Position numbers and translations under genes: made by a program
The notes under the pieces: generated by a model
The model's database searches: none
The model's input: only the letters and a program-made list of their open reading frames with translations
Told to the model about the DNA's origin: nothing
In this document: in pieces, positions 1-11,470 of the stretch
How positions within the stretch are numbered: the stretch's first letter is position 1
Layout of the letters: every line of letters starts with the position of its first letter
Assembly (NCBI GenBank): GCA_050633645.1
Contig: JBOEGX010000004.1
Span: 282,248 to 346,247, forward strand
DNA: 64,000 nt
Source: Alphaproteobacteria bacterium
GTDB taxonomy: Bacteria; Pseudomonadota; Alphaproteobacteria; Micavibrionales; Micavibrionaceae
Direction: 5' to 3'

Positions 1-1411
1 AAGGGCTCATACATGGCGCATTTTTTGCCAAAAGATAGATACACTTCTCAACACCAAATCCAATTTTTGCTTTCCCCCTAATTGCCACCCGACAATTATC
101 ATAAAGCCGAAACCAGGTGATCATCTCATTTTGCTGCAAATCTTTAAAACCTAAAGAATGGTCAACAATATTCAGACTCAAAACATCCTTAAATATCCCC
201 ATATCCTTTTCTTGATAACAAAACGAGGCCATCATATTCCCCATCCCGTCATAATTGAAAACTCGCCCTTTATACTTAATCGGCAACATAGGAAAAAACG
301 CCATACGCATCTCCGCCGCCAAAAAATCACGATTAACCGAAACCCCACCCATAGATGCAATACGCTCAACCACTTTCTCATAACGATCAAACGTCAACGG
401 ATCAGACAAGGATTTTTCAACCCATTGCCCCAAAGAGCCATCCTCCACCATAACAGCAAGCTCAGAGACATTTTTATCCAGGTCAAGCGCCAACATATCC
501 GCATAAAGATATTTATGATTGTTAAACACCAATGGACGATTGGCTTTTTTCCGCTTCATCAAAGCAGGCGGATTCATCCGCGTCCCATCAAGCCATAAAA
601 AAAGCTCATCCAAAGTCCATCTTTGCGCAGGGTTATCATGTAAAACACCACGCAAAATCTCAAGAAAAACGGCAGGAAAACGCTCTTTCCCAACAAAGGT
701 CGCATAACTCCCAAACTCTATTTTGCGACGCAAAAGCTCCTCATTGCTAAGCTTCTCAAGCTCATCATTCTTGCGCAAAAACATCGCCAACGTAACACCA
801 AACGCATATAAATCATCGGATACAGAACCATTCCCCCGCCCCATCGGATCACAACAGGCTCGCTGAATCGACATAAATATTTCTGGCTGCGAACTCCCTG
901 ATTGCACAGAAAGACAATCCCCTAAGATAATCTGCCCACGCTTATCCGCAGAGCTATGAAAGATATTTGATGGACGTATAGAACCATGATTGAAATTCTT
1001 ATCCTGCATCTCCCGCAGCAATCGCGCCACAGGCTGCACCAAAAATTCAACAATCTCTGGATGACGCCAGTTCAAATCATTGATTTGCCCTTCTGGCAAT
1101 AAACAATCCCCAACATTACCATCATATAAAAACACGTATTTTTGTTGATTTTCTGGTGCCCAATTCACAATACCATTACCAATCATCCGCATAAAGGATG
1201 TATCAGATAACGCATCATACGCCGTTATCCCTGTCCAACGAGGCAAAGACTCCACCCCCGCCACCAACGCTATATATTTCTTTGCTGCATTGTTTTTATC
1301 AAAAGCTTGATACGCTTTTGATGCGCCATTATCAAAACGATTTAACCGCGCCTGCGTATTAATGGCGATATCCTTACCAAACGATACAAATTGCGCGCCA
1401 GAATCATTCAT
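1..1411 (-). CDS. Protein-kinase-like domain protein, first ~470 codons. The ORF runs off the left edge and is absent from the supplied track because no stop lies in the window.
   Basis: Hand translation of the minus strand from ATG at 1411..1409 (MNDSGAQFVSFGKD...) stays open to position 1. Kinase-like motifs: FNHGSIRPSNIF (cf. HRDLKPxN), IILGDCLS (cf. DFG), SDDLYAFGVTLAMFL, HDNPAQRW. A G-rich SD-like tract lies upstream. Confidence 0.6.
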   Translation of the reverse strand, partial: MNDSGAQFVSFGKDIAINTQARLNRFDNGASKAYQAFDKNNAAKKYIALVAGVESLPRWTGITAYDALSDTSFMRMIGNGIVNWAPENQQKYVFLYDGNVGDCLLPEGQINDLNWRHPEIVEFLVQPVARLLREMQDKNFNHGSIRPSNIFHSSADKRGQIILGDCLSVQSGSSQPEIFMSIQRACCDPMGRGNGSVSDDLYAFGVTLAMFLRKNDELEKLSNEELLRRKIEFGSYATFVGKERFPAVFLEILRGVLHDNPAQRWTLDELFLWLDGTRMNPPALMKRKKANRPLVFNNHKYLYADMLALDLDKNVSELAVMVEDGSLGQWVEKSLSDPLTFDRYEKVVERIASMGGVSVNRDFLAAEMRMAFFPMLPIKYKGRVFNYDGMGNMMASFCYQEKDMGIFKDVLSLNIVDHSLGFKDLQQNEMITWFRLYDNCRVAIRGKAKIGFGVEKCIYLLAKNAPCMSP

Positions 1412-1530
1412 ATGCCACCCCCGAAGGGATGCTTAAAATATATTTTTTAAAATTATAAAAATGGCTAATAAACATTTGAAATCACTCGGCAACATTCTGT
1501 TACATCACCTTGATTCTAAACTGAATCCCA

Positions 1531-1566
1531 AAAAAAGTAAAACGCCATCGCATTAAAATGGCGTTT
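1531..1566 (-). terminator. Rho-independent terminator downstream of purA
   Basis: Stem AACGCCAT (1541-1548) pairs with ATGGCGTT (1558-1565). The A-run 1531-1536 gives a T-tract on the minus strand. Confidence 0.5.
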
Positions 1567-1594
1567 TCTCTGATCATAAAAACATTTCAAATGC

Positions 1595-2887
1595 CTAATC
1601 CACAAAGGGATCGCGCATCAATATCGTATCATCACGCTCTGGACTGGTCGAAAGCATAGAAACAGGCGCACCAATAAGCTCTTCAATATGACGAACATAC
1701 TTCACTGCCGCGGCCGGAAGATCCGCCCAACTGCGCGCACCATAGGTACTCTCGCTCCACCCTTCCATTACCTCATATATCGGCTCAACCGCCGCCTGAT
1801 CAACGGGTGAGGCTGGATAATAATCAATCTCTTCACCATTCAATGTATACCCAACACAAATCTTAAGCTCTTCCATCCCATCAAGAATATCAAGCTTGGT
1901 CAAAGAAATACCATGCATACCATTAACCTTCACGGCTTGACGCACCATAACCGCATCAAACCAACCACAACGGCGCTTCCGCCCTGTATTCGTACCAAAT
2001 TCTTTCCCGCGTTCACCAAGCCCTTGGCCAATCTCATCATCCAACTCTGTCGGAAACGGGCCAGAACCCACACGCGTTGTATATGCCTTTGTAATCCCAA
2101 GCACATATTTAACCGAATCAGGCCCAACACCAGAACCAAGCGCCGCCTGCGCCGAAGCCGTATTAGATGATGTCACATACGGATACGTTCCATGATCAAT
2201 ATCAAGCATCGTCCCTTGCGCACCTTCAAATAAAATCTTTTTACCTTCATTTCGCGCCTGGTCAAGCGCACGCCATACAACACCAGCATATTTCAAAACA
2301 TCTGGTGCGATTTCCATCAACTTCTCATAGGTTTCATTTGCATCTATCGGATCCGCACCCATCCCCGTAAGCAAAATATTATGATGAAACATCATTTTTC
2401 GAATCTTGTCTTTAAGCAATTCAGGATGACGCAAATCGCAAACGCGAACACCTCTGCGCGCTACTTTATCCTCATAACACGGGCCAATACCGCGCTTTGT
2501 CGTCCCAATTTTACCATCACCACGCGTCATCTCCATTGCCGCGTCCAACGCCTGATGCACGGGCAAAATTAAATTAGCAGTTTCCGCGACCATAAAATTA
2601 TTGGGCGAAATTTTTACGCCCTTTTCCTTGATCATTGCAATTTCTTTAATCAACGCCCATGGGCTTACCACAACACCATTGCCAATCATCGACATTTTAT
2701 TCTGGCGCACAACGCCCGATGGCAAAAGATTAAGCTTATATTCAACCCCATCAATCACAAGCGTATGACCAGCATTATGACCACCTTGAAAACGCACCAC
2801 GACATCCGCGCGCGAAGAAAGCCAATCAACAATCTTGCCTTTCCCTTCATCGCCCCATTGTGATCCGATTACTGCTACATTACTCAT
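1595..2887 (-). CDS. purA: Adenylosuccinate synthetase
   Basis: 430-aa ORF. N-terminal [15 protein letters not shown]-loop and GGHNAGHT motif; full-length match to the PurA pattern. Confidence 0.97.
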   Translation of the reverse strand: MSNVAVIGSQWGDEGKGKIVDWLSSRADVVVRFQGGHNAGHTLVIDGVEYKLNLLPSGVVRQNKMSMIGNGVVVSPWALIKEIAMIKEKGVKISPNNFMVAETANLILPVHQALDAAMEMTRGDGKIGTTKRGIGPCYEDKVARRGVRVCDLRHPELLKDKIRKMMFHHNILLTGMGADPIDANETYEKLMEIAPDVLKYAGVVWRALDQARNEGKKILFEGAQGTMLDIDHGTYPYVTSSNTASAQAALGSGVGPDSVKYVLGITKAYTTRVGSGPFPTELDDEIGQGLGERGKEFGTNTGRKRRCGWFDAVMVRQAVKVNGMHGISLTKLDILDGMEELKICVGYTLNGEEIDYYPASPVDQAAVEPIYEVMEGWSESTYGARSWADLPAAAVKYVRHIEELIGAPVSMLSTSPERDDTILMRDPFVD

Positions 2888-2907
2888 GATAATTATCCTT
2901 TAATCAT

Positions 2908-4053
2908 TTATTGTGATATTTCAATTACTTTACCGTCTTCATATTTATGAGTGCATCCTTTGGGTAAATGCCCCACCTCGGACTCACGCACAACAACCCA
3001 TCCGTCTTTTTGCAAAGACCTAATCACGCTCCACGCAACATCCGCAGTCACAAAAACCTTATCGTCCAAAACAACAGACACATCACACTTAGCAATCGTA
3101 TCCATATAAAGAGTAAAGCCCTTCGCCGTTTCGCCGTTATCACCTTGCCCAAACCGCACATCATAACAACCGCCACGCCCGATCTCGCCGCATATATTAG
3201 ATGAAAATAAAGTAAATCCAAGTTTTTTATGGTACTCAAACCCATCCTGCTCCAAAAGATCCACCGTGATAGACACACCTTCAATTCCTAAATCATCCAA
3301 AGCAGCACGCACCCCATCTGAAACGGCCTTTAACCGTGTTATATCAGCGCGTATCTCTGCATCAAAATCACTTTTTTCAAACGCCGCAAACGCCGTATCC
3401 GCATCACCCGAAGCACGCATAACACGCGCAATAAACGCCGAATGCTCTTCCACACCATCGACATCACGTTGCGATATCATTTTCTCAATCGATCCCCGCA
3501 TATCAGAATCAACATCCGCCAAAAAACCATCCAAAAAACAAGGGATAGTCAGGTCAAGTGTGATATCTTTCAGCCCAACCTCATGCAACCCGATAAGGGC
3601 AACCATACATATCTCAATATCCGTTTGCACGCATCCCGCCTGCCCGATCAATTCACACCCAACCTGCGTAAACTGGCGTTCTGTCCGCATTTGACTGCCG
3701 CGTGTGCGTAAAACATCGTTCACGTAAGACAACCGCAAAGGACGCACTTCATTCATCAATCGTGACGATACAATACGCGAAATCTGCGGCGTAATGTCAG
3801 AGCGCACCCCCATCATACGATGCGTCACAGGATCCATAAGACGAAATGTCTCCGATGCAAGCCGCGCACCAGGTCCTGGCGCAAGAAGGCTTTCTTCAAA
3901 TTCCAATAAAGGCGGCTTAATTCGACAATACCCAAATGACGCAAAAACATCCATTAAACTACGGGTATAATCGGCCTCTTTCTGCGCTTGTGGCGGCAGA
4001 ACATCAACAAACCCATTGGGCAAAAGGCTTAAACTATTGTCTTTTTGGCTCAT
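2908..4053 (-). CDS. hisZ: ATP phosphoribosyltransferase regulatory subunit (HisRS-like paralogue)
   Basis: 381-aa class-II aaRS-like ORF. N-terminus LLPNGFVDVLPPQA...FGY..I.PP.LE is typical of HisZ. It lies 20 nt upstream of purA. Confidence 0.9.
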   Translation of the reverse strand: MSQKDNSLSLLPNGFVDVLPPQAQKEADYTRSLMDVFASFGYCRIKPPLLEFEESLLAPGPGARLASETFRLMDPVTHRMMGVRSDITPQISRIVSSRLMNEVRPLRLSYVNDVLRTRGSQMRTERQFTQVGCELIGQAGCVQTDIEICMVALIGLHEVGLKDITLDLTIPCFLDGFLADVDSDMRGSIEKMISQRDVDGVEEHSAFIARVMRASGDADTAFAAFEKSDFDAEIRADITRLKAVSDGVRAALDDLGIEGVSITVDLLEQDGFEYHKKLGFTLFSSNICGEIGRGGCYDVRFGQGDNGETAKGFTLYMDTIAKCDVSVVLDDKVFVTADVAWSVIRSLQKDGWVVVRESEVGHLPKGCTHKYEDGKVIEISQ

Positions 4054-4177
4054 TCTAATAATTCGCGATCATTATAACGCTTTGCAAACCGCCAGAATTT
4101 ATCGCCTATATCCCAAAAAGTCCAGCACAAACAAAAATTATTGAACGATCCAAATAAAGAAATGACCACCCCTTAAT

Positions 4178-4208
4178 AAAAAAAAGCGGCCACTAATATT
4201 TAGGCTGC
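4178..4208 (-). terminator. Candidate intrinsic terminator overlapping the stop of the NTF2-like gene
   Basis: On the minus strand, GCAGCC (4208-4203) pairs with GGCCGC (4191-4186) with one G.T pair, followed by an 8-nt T-tract (A-run 4178-4185 on +). Confidence 0.4.
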
Positions 4209-4574
4209 CTGCTTTTCCATCTCTTCCTTAAACTCCGCAGGCATAAGTGCCGTATCAAAGAACAAAAGAGATGATTTCACCAAATCCCCCTCAAACCGCA
4301 TAACCTCAACACATGGAATATTGGCCTGAAATGGCGCTGTTACTGCCCAATCAAAGATGTTCACGACCTTATCCCCTTGAATAATCAACTCACTATTCTG
4401 ACAAGAGCTTTCAAATGGACACTCCTCCATTGAACTCAACATCTCATTCAGACTATTCGTTTCCATTATTGGCCCTTTAAAATGAAAATCCGCATGCAAA
4501 TATTTGCGAAAAACATCCGTATCCCCACTAACCCATGCCTGAGCCAATTCTTTTACTATTTCTTCTTTATTCAT
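4200..4574 (-). CDS. SnoaL/NTF2-like small protein
   Basis: ORF on track is 4200..4628. The internal ATG at 4574 (MNKEEIVKELAQAW...) is preceded by GGAGA. Size and the WVSGD...F.GP pattern fit the NTF2-like fold. Confidence 0.6.
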   Translation of the reverse strand: MNKEEIVKELAQAWVSGDTDVFRKYLHADFHFKGPIMETNSLNEMLSSMEECPFESSCQNSELIIQGDKVVNIFDWAVTAPFQANIPCVEVMRFEGDLVKSSLLFFDTALMPAEFKEEMEKQAA

Positions 4575-4700
4575 TACATTCTCCAATAAAAATAACATGA
4601 CATCATTGCCACAAAACAATACTCTCACAACACTACTGACAACGTGCTGTCAGCAATGTTAATGTACAATCAAAGTAATAAGAACAACCAAGGAAACCCT

Positions 4701-5384
4701 ATGCGTAGAGCAGACAGATTATTCCGTATTGTCGAATATTTAAAGGCACGAAGAACCGTTACAACGGCGCAAAAGCTCGCCGAAGTATTAGAGGTCAGCC
4801 CCCGCACAATCTATCGTGACATCGCCGACCTTATGACTTCTGGCATCCCAATTTACGGTGAGGCAGGCGTGGGCTACATCCTAAAACCCGATCACAAAAT
4901 CCAACCCCTCATGTTCGGATTAGAGGAAATCGACGCGCTTATGCTTGGCGCCCAAATGGTAAAAACATGGGGCGATAAAGGCTTGGCACAATCGGCAAGC
5001 CAAGCGATAGACAAACTCACAGCCGTCCTACCCGAATCCATCCGCCAAGAGCTAGACCAAACATTCCTATTCTCGTTCCCGTCAAAAAATGACGTTAAAA
5101 TCAATATCGATTTTACCGCCCTACGCCGCGCCATTCGCAACAAAAACAAACTTGATTTCATATATATCGATGAGAAAAAACAGGAAACAAGCCGCACAGC
5201 CCGCCCCCTCTGCCTTGTATTTTTCAGCCCCGTCTGGCTCCTCCTCGGTTGGTGTGAAAAACGCAACGACTTCCGAAACTTCCGCATAGACCGCATCAAA
5301 GAAGTAACAATTTCAAACGAAAAATTCACCGATGAAAAAGGCAAACGCATGCAAGATTATTGCGAAGACCTTGAATCTTACTAA
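4701..5384 (+). CDS. YafY-family transcriptional regulator (HTH + WYL domain)
   Basis: [41 protein letters not shown] is the classic YafY HTH. C-terminal WYL-type segment ([20 protein letters not shown]). SD AAGGAAA precedes ATG 4701. Confidence 0.8.
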   Translation: MRRADRLFRIVEYLKARRTVTTAQKLAEVLEVSPRTIYRDIADLMTSGIPIYGEAGVGYILKPDHKIQPLMFGLEEIDALMLGAQMVKTWGDKGLAQSASQAIDKLTAVLPESIRQELDQTFLFSFPSKNDVKINIDFTALRRAIRNKNKLDFIYIDEKKQETSRTARPLCLVFFSPVWLLLGWCEKRNDFRNFRIDRIKEVTISNEKFTDEKGKRMQDYCEDLESY

Positions 5385-6748
5385 CCTGCCGCCTTCTCAA
5401 TCACTTCGCATAAATCATTGACAACCGCCTCAACCAATGCCTCATCATCGCCTTCCGCCATAACACGGATCAACGGCTCCGTACCTGATTCACGCACAAG
5501 AACGCGCCCCTCACCGTTAAAGCGCTCCTGCGCCGCCGCAATTTCGTTACGAACCGCATCGGTTCCCATTGGACTTTCACCGCTAAAGCGCACATTCTTT
5601 AATATCTGCGGACAAGGCGTAAACATATTAAGCGCCTCACTCGCGGGAATACCCTTATGCTTGATATAGTTCAAGATCTGTAACGCCGCGAGCAAACCAT
5701 CACCCGTCGTCGCAAAATCACTCATAACAACATGACCGGATTGCTCCCCGCCAAGGTTAAACCCGTTCGCGCGCATATGCTCAACAACATATCGATCACC
5801 AACGGCGGTGCGCTCCAACGTCAAATCATTGGCCTGCATCAATCGCTCCAACCCTAAATTCGACATCACAGTAGCAACAAGTCCGCCGCCTTTAAGCATC
5901 TCCTGCTCTTTAAACCACAACGCCATCGCACCCATAATCTGGTCACCGTCAACCTTATCGCCATGCTCATTCACCAAAATCAGGCGATCCGCATCCCCAT
6001 CAAGCGCAATCCCGATATCCGCCTTATGATCAACCACCGCCTCTTGCAATCGCCCCGTCGCCGTCGCCCCATATCCATCATTAATATTACGCCCATTGGG
6101 TTGATTACCAATCGCGATAACCTCGCATTCCAATTCCCACAACACCTGCGGGGCAACCTTATACGCCGCGCCATTCGCGCAATCGACAACAACCTTCAAA
6201 CCCTCCAAAGATCCGCGATGCGGAATACTGCGCTTCAACGATTCAATATACCGCCCCAACGCATCATCCAAACGCGCGGCCTTCCCCATATCCTCAGGGG
6301 CCGAAAGCTCCGCGCTTAAATCCTGATCAATCTTCTCTTCAATTCTTACCTCAATATCATCAGCCAATTTAAAGCCATCCGCGCCAAACAACTTGATCCC
6401 GTTATCCTCATACGAATTATGAGACGCTGAAATCATAACGCCCAAATCCGCACGCAAACTCCGCGTCAATTTCGCAATCCCAGGCGTTGGAATCGGCCCT
6501 ATCAAAACAACATCCATCCCCATTGCCAAAAAACCCGCCGTTAAGGCTTGCTCAAACATATAACAAGACAAACGTGTATCTTTACCAATCACCACGCGAT
6601 CCATATGCTTTCCACCGCGTGAATGCCGCAAAACACTCCCCGCCGCCATCGCCACACGCATCGCCATATCTGCCGTCATCGGGTATGTATTGGCACGCCC
6701 GCGAATACCATCTGTGCCAAAATATTTTCTTTTATTTTCTGAGTTCAT
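5381..6748 (-). CDS. glmM: Phosphoglucosamine mutase
   Basis: 455-aa ORF with FGTDGIRG and the phosphoserine loop [13 protein letters not shown]. Confidence 0.97.
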   Translation of the reverse strand: MNSENKRKYFGTDGIRGRANTYPMTADMAMRVAMAAGSVLRHSRGGKHMDRVVIGKDTRLSCYMFEQALTAGFLAMGMDVVLIGPIPTPGIAKLTRSLRADLGVMISASHNSYEDNGIKLFGADGFKLADDIEVRIEEKIDQDLSAELSAPEDMGKAARLDDALGRYIESLKRSIPHRGSLEGLKVVVDCANGAAYKVAPQVLWELECEVIAIGNQPNGRNINDGYGATATGRLQEAVVDHKADIGIALDGDADRLILVNEHGDKVDGDQIMGAMALWFKEQEMLKGGGLVATVMSNLGLERLMQANDLTLERTAVGDRYVVEHMRANGFNLGGEQSGHVVMSDFATTGDGLLAALQILNYIKHKGIPASEALNMFTPCPQILKNVRFSGESPMGTDAVRNEIAAAQERFNGEGRVLVRESGTEPLIRVMAEGDDEALVEAVVNDLCEVIEKAAG

Positions 6749-6860
6749 AACAAGATTTTATGCAGAGCCGTACATTTTGACAATAGAAGATTAATTAAAT
6801 TATGCTTATATTAAGAAAAGATCATCATAAAGAACACACTGGGTATGGATTAAAAACAAA

Positions 6861-7775
6861 ATGGTATCAGATAACTTCACAATGAGCGTACAAAAAACAA
6901 AGCTGCTAACACAAAATGACCCCGCCCCTGTCACTATAAACAGAGGCAAGAGCAACCTCATTTTCACATTCCCACATAACGCCTTGAACGTCCCTGAAAA
7001 CATCGCCCCCTGCCTTGGCGCGGAAAAAGAATGGTTCGAAAACGCACACGAGGCACATGACCTATACATGGCCGAAACCTATGACCTCATGCGCGAAAAA
7101 TTTCCCGAGGCCACATTCATCCGTGGCAATTATTCACGCCTGGTCGTTGACTTAAACCGCCACCCCGATTACGCCGTACGCCACAATTCATCGGAAAACA
7201 AAGACATCATAATCCCGCACAACACTGCAGATATATGCTGTGCGCTTCAAAAATTAAAACGCATGGAGGAAATCTACCACCCCTACCACGCACAAAAAAA
7301 ACAAATCATCGAAGAAACCCGATACAAACATGACGGCGTTATCGTCATGGATATGCACAGCTTCAGCCCAATTTGGAACGGAAAGCCGCGCGAAGTCGAA
7401 CTCGGCACCATCCGCGCAAGAAAAACCCCCCTATCCAATGCATTAGAAGGCTTTTTCAAACAACATATGGACGCTTATAAATATATATCGGGGGAGCCGT
7501 ATAAAGTCGCAGATATGCCAAGCAACGCTGCCGCCTACATCGCCAATGAATGTGATATCCAGTATCTCGGCATTGAAATCAGAAATGATTTATTGAAAAC
7601 CCAAGAAGACAGAGAGAAATTCACAAATTTCTTAAAACGCGGCATAGATCATATTTTATCGCTTGAGAAAAACGAGCCAGACACACTCAAACAAATCACC
7701 GCAAGGCGCTCTGAAATATTAGGCACCGAACCATCAAAGTCAAACGAAAACATCTACGACAGTTGGATGATTTAA
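6861..7775 (+). CDS. N-formylglutamate amidohydrolase family protein
   Basis: FGase-family landmarks: FTFPHNALNVPE, SRLVVDLNR, VMDMHSFSP. Confidence 0.75.
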   Translation: MVSDNFTMSVQKTKLLTQNDPAPVTINRGKSNLIFTFPHNALNVPENIAPCLGAEKEWFENAHEAHDLYMAETYDLMREKFPEATFIRGNYSRLVVDLNRHPDYAVRHNSSENKDIIIPHNTADICCALQKLKRMEEIYHPYHAQKKQIIEETRYKHDGVIVMDMHSFSPIWNGKPREVELGTIRARKTPLSNALEGFFKQHMDAYKYISGEPYKVADMPSNAAAYIANECDIQYLGIEIRNDLLKTQEDREKFTNFLKRGIDHILSLEKNEPDTLKQITARRSEILGTEPSKSNENIYDSWMI

Positions 7776-8602
7776 TTGAAATTATACTCATTCTGCACAG
7801 ATGGAGAAGACTGCATATTATGCGTGGCATAAGGTGCTAACTCTGCCGCTATATCCTGAACCGCATCAACCTTATTATCTGTCCAAGGCATCCGCATATC
7901 AATAAGAATAGCACTAACATTATCACCAACAAGATGCGGTATTCCCCGTTCTGAAAGCGCCGCAGATACAGCCCCCATTTGGTCTTGCCCTAATTGAATA
8001 ACTGAATATTCATTCGAAGAAGCATGCACAGTGCCCACTCGCAATCCTGTCGCCTCTGACAAATCTCTCGTCAATCCATACGTATCCTCAACTGAATACG
8101 CACCACCTATTCCATGTTGATGACTTGAATGTGCTGAATCATGAGCAATAATACCGACACTATCCTGATTGGAAGATAACGCCTCATCAATAGGCGTAGA
8201 AGGCGCACGCTCTCCAAGCATATGAGAGCGCACCATATCATCAGAAGTATTGCGAAACGAATCCATTCCATTCATAAAACGCTGATACGCTTCACTACGA
8301 TCAGGGAACTCAATAGGATAATCAACACCCAAATCCTGAAAGGCAATACCATCAAGCATAATTGATAACTGTGCCGCAGAGACTTCGGTAATATTATTCT
8401 CTTCCATATAAGATATCGTCAGCCGCTGATCCCCCGCTGAAATACTCGAATGGTTTTCGGCACCATAACCATCTTCAATGATAAGATTTAACGAAGAACT
8501 ATCACCATCCATCATCGCACGAAGGTCATCAATACGAAACACATCATCTGGATTACTCCGAATATCCGGGGGATGAGGGTTCACCTCATTTTCATCGCTC
8601 AC
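7772..8602 (-). CDS. Hypothetical protein (276 aa, acidic, no signal peptide seen)
   Basis: Long ORF with no credible competing frame. No family recognised. Confidence 0.5.
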   Translation of the reverse strand: MSDENEVNPHPPDIRSNPDDVFRIDDLRAMMDGDSSSLNLIIEDGYGAENHSSISAGDQRLTISYMEENNITEVSAAQLSIMLDGIAFQDLGVDYPIEFPDRSEAYQRFMNGMDSFRNTSDDMVRSHMLGERAPSTPIDEALSSNQDSVGIIAHDSAHSSHQHGIGGAYSVEDTYGLTRDLSEATGLRVGTVHASSNEYSVIQLGQDQMGAVSAALSERGIPHLVGDNVSAILIDMRMPWTDNKVDAVQDIAAELAPYATHNMQSSPSVQNEYNFN

Positions 8603-8770
8603 AAAATCACTCCATAACCAATTATATATTTAAGATAAATCATATCATACCCGCCCATTTCAAAACAAGAAAAACGCATGATCCTAAAACGAAGCCCAAA
8701 AATACCACCTTGAACTTCCCCTCCTTCCACATTACCCTCAAATATCAAAAATAAATCTGAAGGAATAAAC

Positions 8771-9415
8771 ATGACGTGTTATAGAAAACTTATGCAAGGC
8801 GCTCTTCTGCTTGCTGCATTCACCGCAATAACAATAGCTCCAACGACGGCAAAAGCACAAGATACAGCCGCTCCATCCGACATCCGAATTTTCGCCCCAC
8901 CCAAAGATCAACGCCCCGAAGCAAGCTGGAGCTTCCAACAAAGAGTAGATGATCTATTGCGAAAAGATAAGCAATGCCAAGAGGACCTAAAAAGCTTTCC
9001 CTTCGCAAACGAAAGAGGGCCAAACGTAACAAGTATGGGATACTGCACAGCAATGTGCCAAGACGCATACCGACTATATATAAGCATGAACGGTTATATC
9101 CCCCCAGAAAAGATCGAAGAACAAATAACTCCTACCATTCAAACTTGTGAGGATTTTTACCACGGCATTCATGGCTATGTAACATCAAACAATCTAAAAC
9201 CTCACGAAGATGGCGTAGAACTAAAAAAACTTGAAAACACAAGCGCTCAATATATCGTTGATGATTTTCTAAAAGAATGTAAAGCCAAGCCAAATTTAAG
9301 AAAACATACATGCCGCTGCTCCGCCAATTATATAATAAACTGCATTAACCAATCAGGATACACGGACAAATGTAAAAGACGGGGATACTTCGCAATCAAG
9401 GCAAGCTGCAGATAA
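8771..9415 (+). CDS. Secreted cysteine-rich hypothetical protein
   Basis: Signal peptide MTCYRKLMQGALLLAAFTAITIAPTTAKAQD. Ten Cys in the mature part. Followed by a strong terminator. Confidence 0.6.
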   Translation: MTCYRKLMQGALLLAAFTAITIAPTTAKAQDTAAPSDIRIFAPPKDQRPEASWSFQQRVDDLLRKDKQCQEDLKSFPFANERGPNVTSMGYCTAMCQDAYRLYISMNGYIPPEKIEEQITPTIQTCEDFYHGIHGYVTSNNLKPHEDGVELKKLENTSAQYIVDDFLKECKAKPNLRKHTCRCSANYIINCINQSGYTDKCKRRGYFAIKASCR

Positions 9416-9420
9416 ACAAC

Positions 9421-9456
9421 AAAAAAGCCACCGTTTCTTTAAGGGTGGCTTTTTTA
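9421..9456. terminator. Bidirectional rho-independent terminator between convergent genes
   Basis: AAAAAA-GCCACC (9427-9432), 11-nt loop, GGTGGC (9444-9449), TTTTTTT. Symmetric A/T tracts serve both the + gene and ftsH. Confidence 0.7.
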
Positions 9457-9481
9457 TACTCTTAAATATATATGACGACAA

Positions 9482-11338
9482 CTACTCCCCGCCACCTGTC
9501 GGCACGGATGAACGCGGTGGCGGCGCGTCTTTCTCATCATCAGGGTCATGACGAATAATCGCCTCTCCACGAAGCAATCCCTTAATCTCATCCCCTGAAA
9601 GCGTCTCATATTCAAGCAACGCCTTCGCCAATTTCTCATAATCTTTGGCATTATCTTTCAAACATTTCATCGCACGTGCATAGGCATCATCAATAAGAGC
9701 CTTAACCTCACCATCAATTTTATTTGACATCTCGCTCGATATACGGCGAGGGCGATAGCTATTTGGATCATCCCCAAAATTCACCATCCCGATCTCGTCA
9801 TTCAACCCCCATTCCATCACCATGGCACGCGCCAAGGATGACGCATATTGAATATCACTCGATGCACCGCTCGTCACTTGATCTCTACCAAATGTAATTT
9901 CTTCGGCCGCACGCCCGCCCATAGTCATCGCCATTTTCGCACGCATTTTTGCCAAGGAAAAGCTATAACGATCCCCCTCGGGCAAACTCATAACCATCCC
10001 AAGCGCACCACCACGCGGCACAATCGTCGCCTTATGGATGGGGTCACATTCTGGCTCATGTAAAGACACAATCGCGTGCCCTGCCTCATGATACGCGGTA
10101 AGCTTCTTCTCTTCATCGCTCATCGCCATTGATCGACGCTCCGCGCCCATCATAACCTTATCTTTGGCATCTTCAAGATCATCCATACCAATCACACGCT
10201 TATTACGACGCGCCGCCAATAACGCCGCCTCATTAATCACATTGGCAAGCTCCGCACCAGAAAATCCGGGCGTACCACGCGCCAACACCGACGCATCCAC
10301 ATTATTCGCCAAAGGCACATTTTTCATATGCACCAGCAAGATTTTCTCACGCCCCTTCACATCGGGCAAAGGCACGGTAATTTGACGGTCAAATCGACCA
10401 GGACGAAGCAAGGCAGGATCAAGAACATCCGCGCGGTTTGTCGCCGCAATAATAATTACACCCTCTGACGCATCAAACCCATCCATTTCCACCAACATCT
10501 GGTTCAATGTCTGCTCGCGCTCATCATTACCACCGCCATGCCCCGCACCACGATGGCGACCAACGGCGTCAATCTCATCAATAAATATAATACATGGGGC
10601 ATTTTTACGCCCCTGCTCGAACATATCACGCACACGGCTCGCACCAACACCAACAAACATTTCAACGAAATCAGAACCCGAAATAGTGAAAAACGGAACT
10701 TCCGCCTCACCCGCAACCGCGCGAGCCACCAAAGTCTTACCTGTACCTGGCGGCCCAACAAGCAACGCCCCTTTCGGAATCTTACCGCCCAAACGCTGGA
10801 ACTTTTGCGGGTCTTTCAAAAACTCGACAACCTCTTCCAAATCCTGCCGCGCTTCATCAATCCCTGCAACATCGGCAAACGTAACTTTGCCCTGCTTTTC
10901 CGTCATCATTTTCGCACGAGATTTACCAAACCCCATCGCGCCGCCGCCCTTGCCATTCATTTGGCGCATAATAAACAGCCAAAAACCGATAATCAAAAGC
11001 ACAGGCAAAAATGAAAAAATAACATTCCAAAAGAAATACGGTTGTTCTGGCTCTTCCGCCTTAATAAGAACCTTTGTCGTTTCCAATCGATCAACAACAT
11101 TCTCAAACGGCGGAACTTTAGATATAAACTGCCCTTTTTCATCGGTAAACTTCCCGACAAGCTGATCACCCTTAATCACAACCTCGGTGATATTGCCCTG
11201 CTGTGATTGAGATATAAATTCACTATAGCTAATCTCTTGCCCCGCCATAAGCGACTGCTTCTGTGCTTCTTGAGCAAAACTCAAAAACACCAAAACCAAA
11301 AAACCAACTGCGACCCAAAATATAATATTACGATTCAT
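9482..11338 (-). CDS. ftsH: ATP-dependent zinc metalloprotease FtsH
   Basis: 618 aa. N-terminal TM segments, Walker A GPPGTGKT, zinc motif HEAGHA. Confidence 0.98.
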   Translation of the reverse strand: MNRNIIFWVAVGFLVLVFLSFAQEAQKQSLMAGQEISYSEFISQSQQGNITEVVIKGDQLVGKFTDEKGQFISKVPPFENVVDRLETTKVLIKAEEPEQPYFFWNVIFSFLPVLLIIGFWLFIMRQMNGKGGGAMGFGKSRAKMMTEKQGKVTFADVAGIDEARQDLEEVVEFLKDPQKFQRLGGKIPKGALLVGPPGTGKTLVARAVAGEAEVPFFTISGSDFVEMFVGVGASRVRDMFEQGRKNAPCIIFIDEIDAVGRHRGAGHGGGNDEREQTLNQMLVEMDGFDASEGVIIIAATNRADVLDPALLRPGRFDRQITVPLPDVKGREKILLVHMKNVPLANNVDASVLARGTPGFSGAELANVINEAALLAARRNKRVIGMDDLEDAKDKVMMGAERRSMAMSDEEKKLTAYHEAGHAIVSLHEPECDPIHKATIVPRGGALGMVMSLPEGDRYSFSLAKMRAKMAMTMGGRAAEEITFGRDQVTSGASSDIQYASSLARAMVMEWGLNDEIGMVNFGDDPNSYRPRRISSEMSNKIDGEVKALIDDAYARAMKCLKDNAKDYEKLAKALLEYETLSGDEIKGLLRGEAIIRHDPDDEKDAPPPRSSVPTGGGE

Positions 11339-11470
11339 TATTCACTTGCCATGTTATAAATTTATGCAGATATCCGCTCATGAAAACCCGCTCTCAGCAT
11401 CGAAGAACCTAGCGCATTTAAATCACGAAACAAAGCCTTTTGATCAAAATTCGACGCAAAACATCGAAAG

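Noticed and set aside
4200-5384. WYL-domain regulator as a marker of a defence island
   Set aside because: The only partner is a small NTF2-like protein. The flanks are hisZ and glmM, and no nuclease, helicase, ATPase or other defence-type gene is present.
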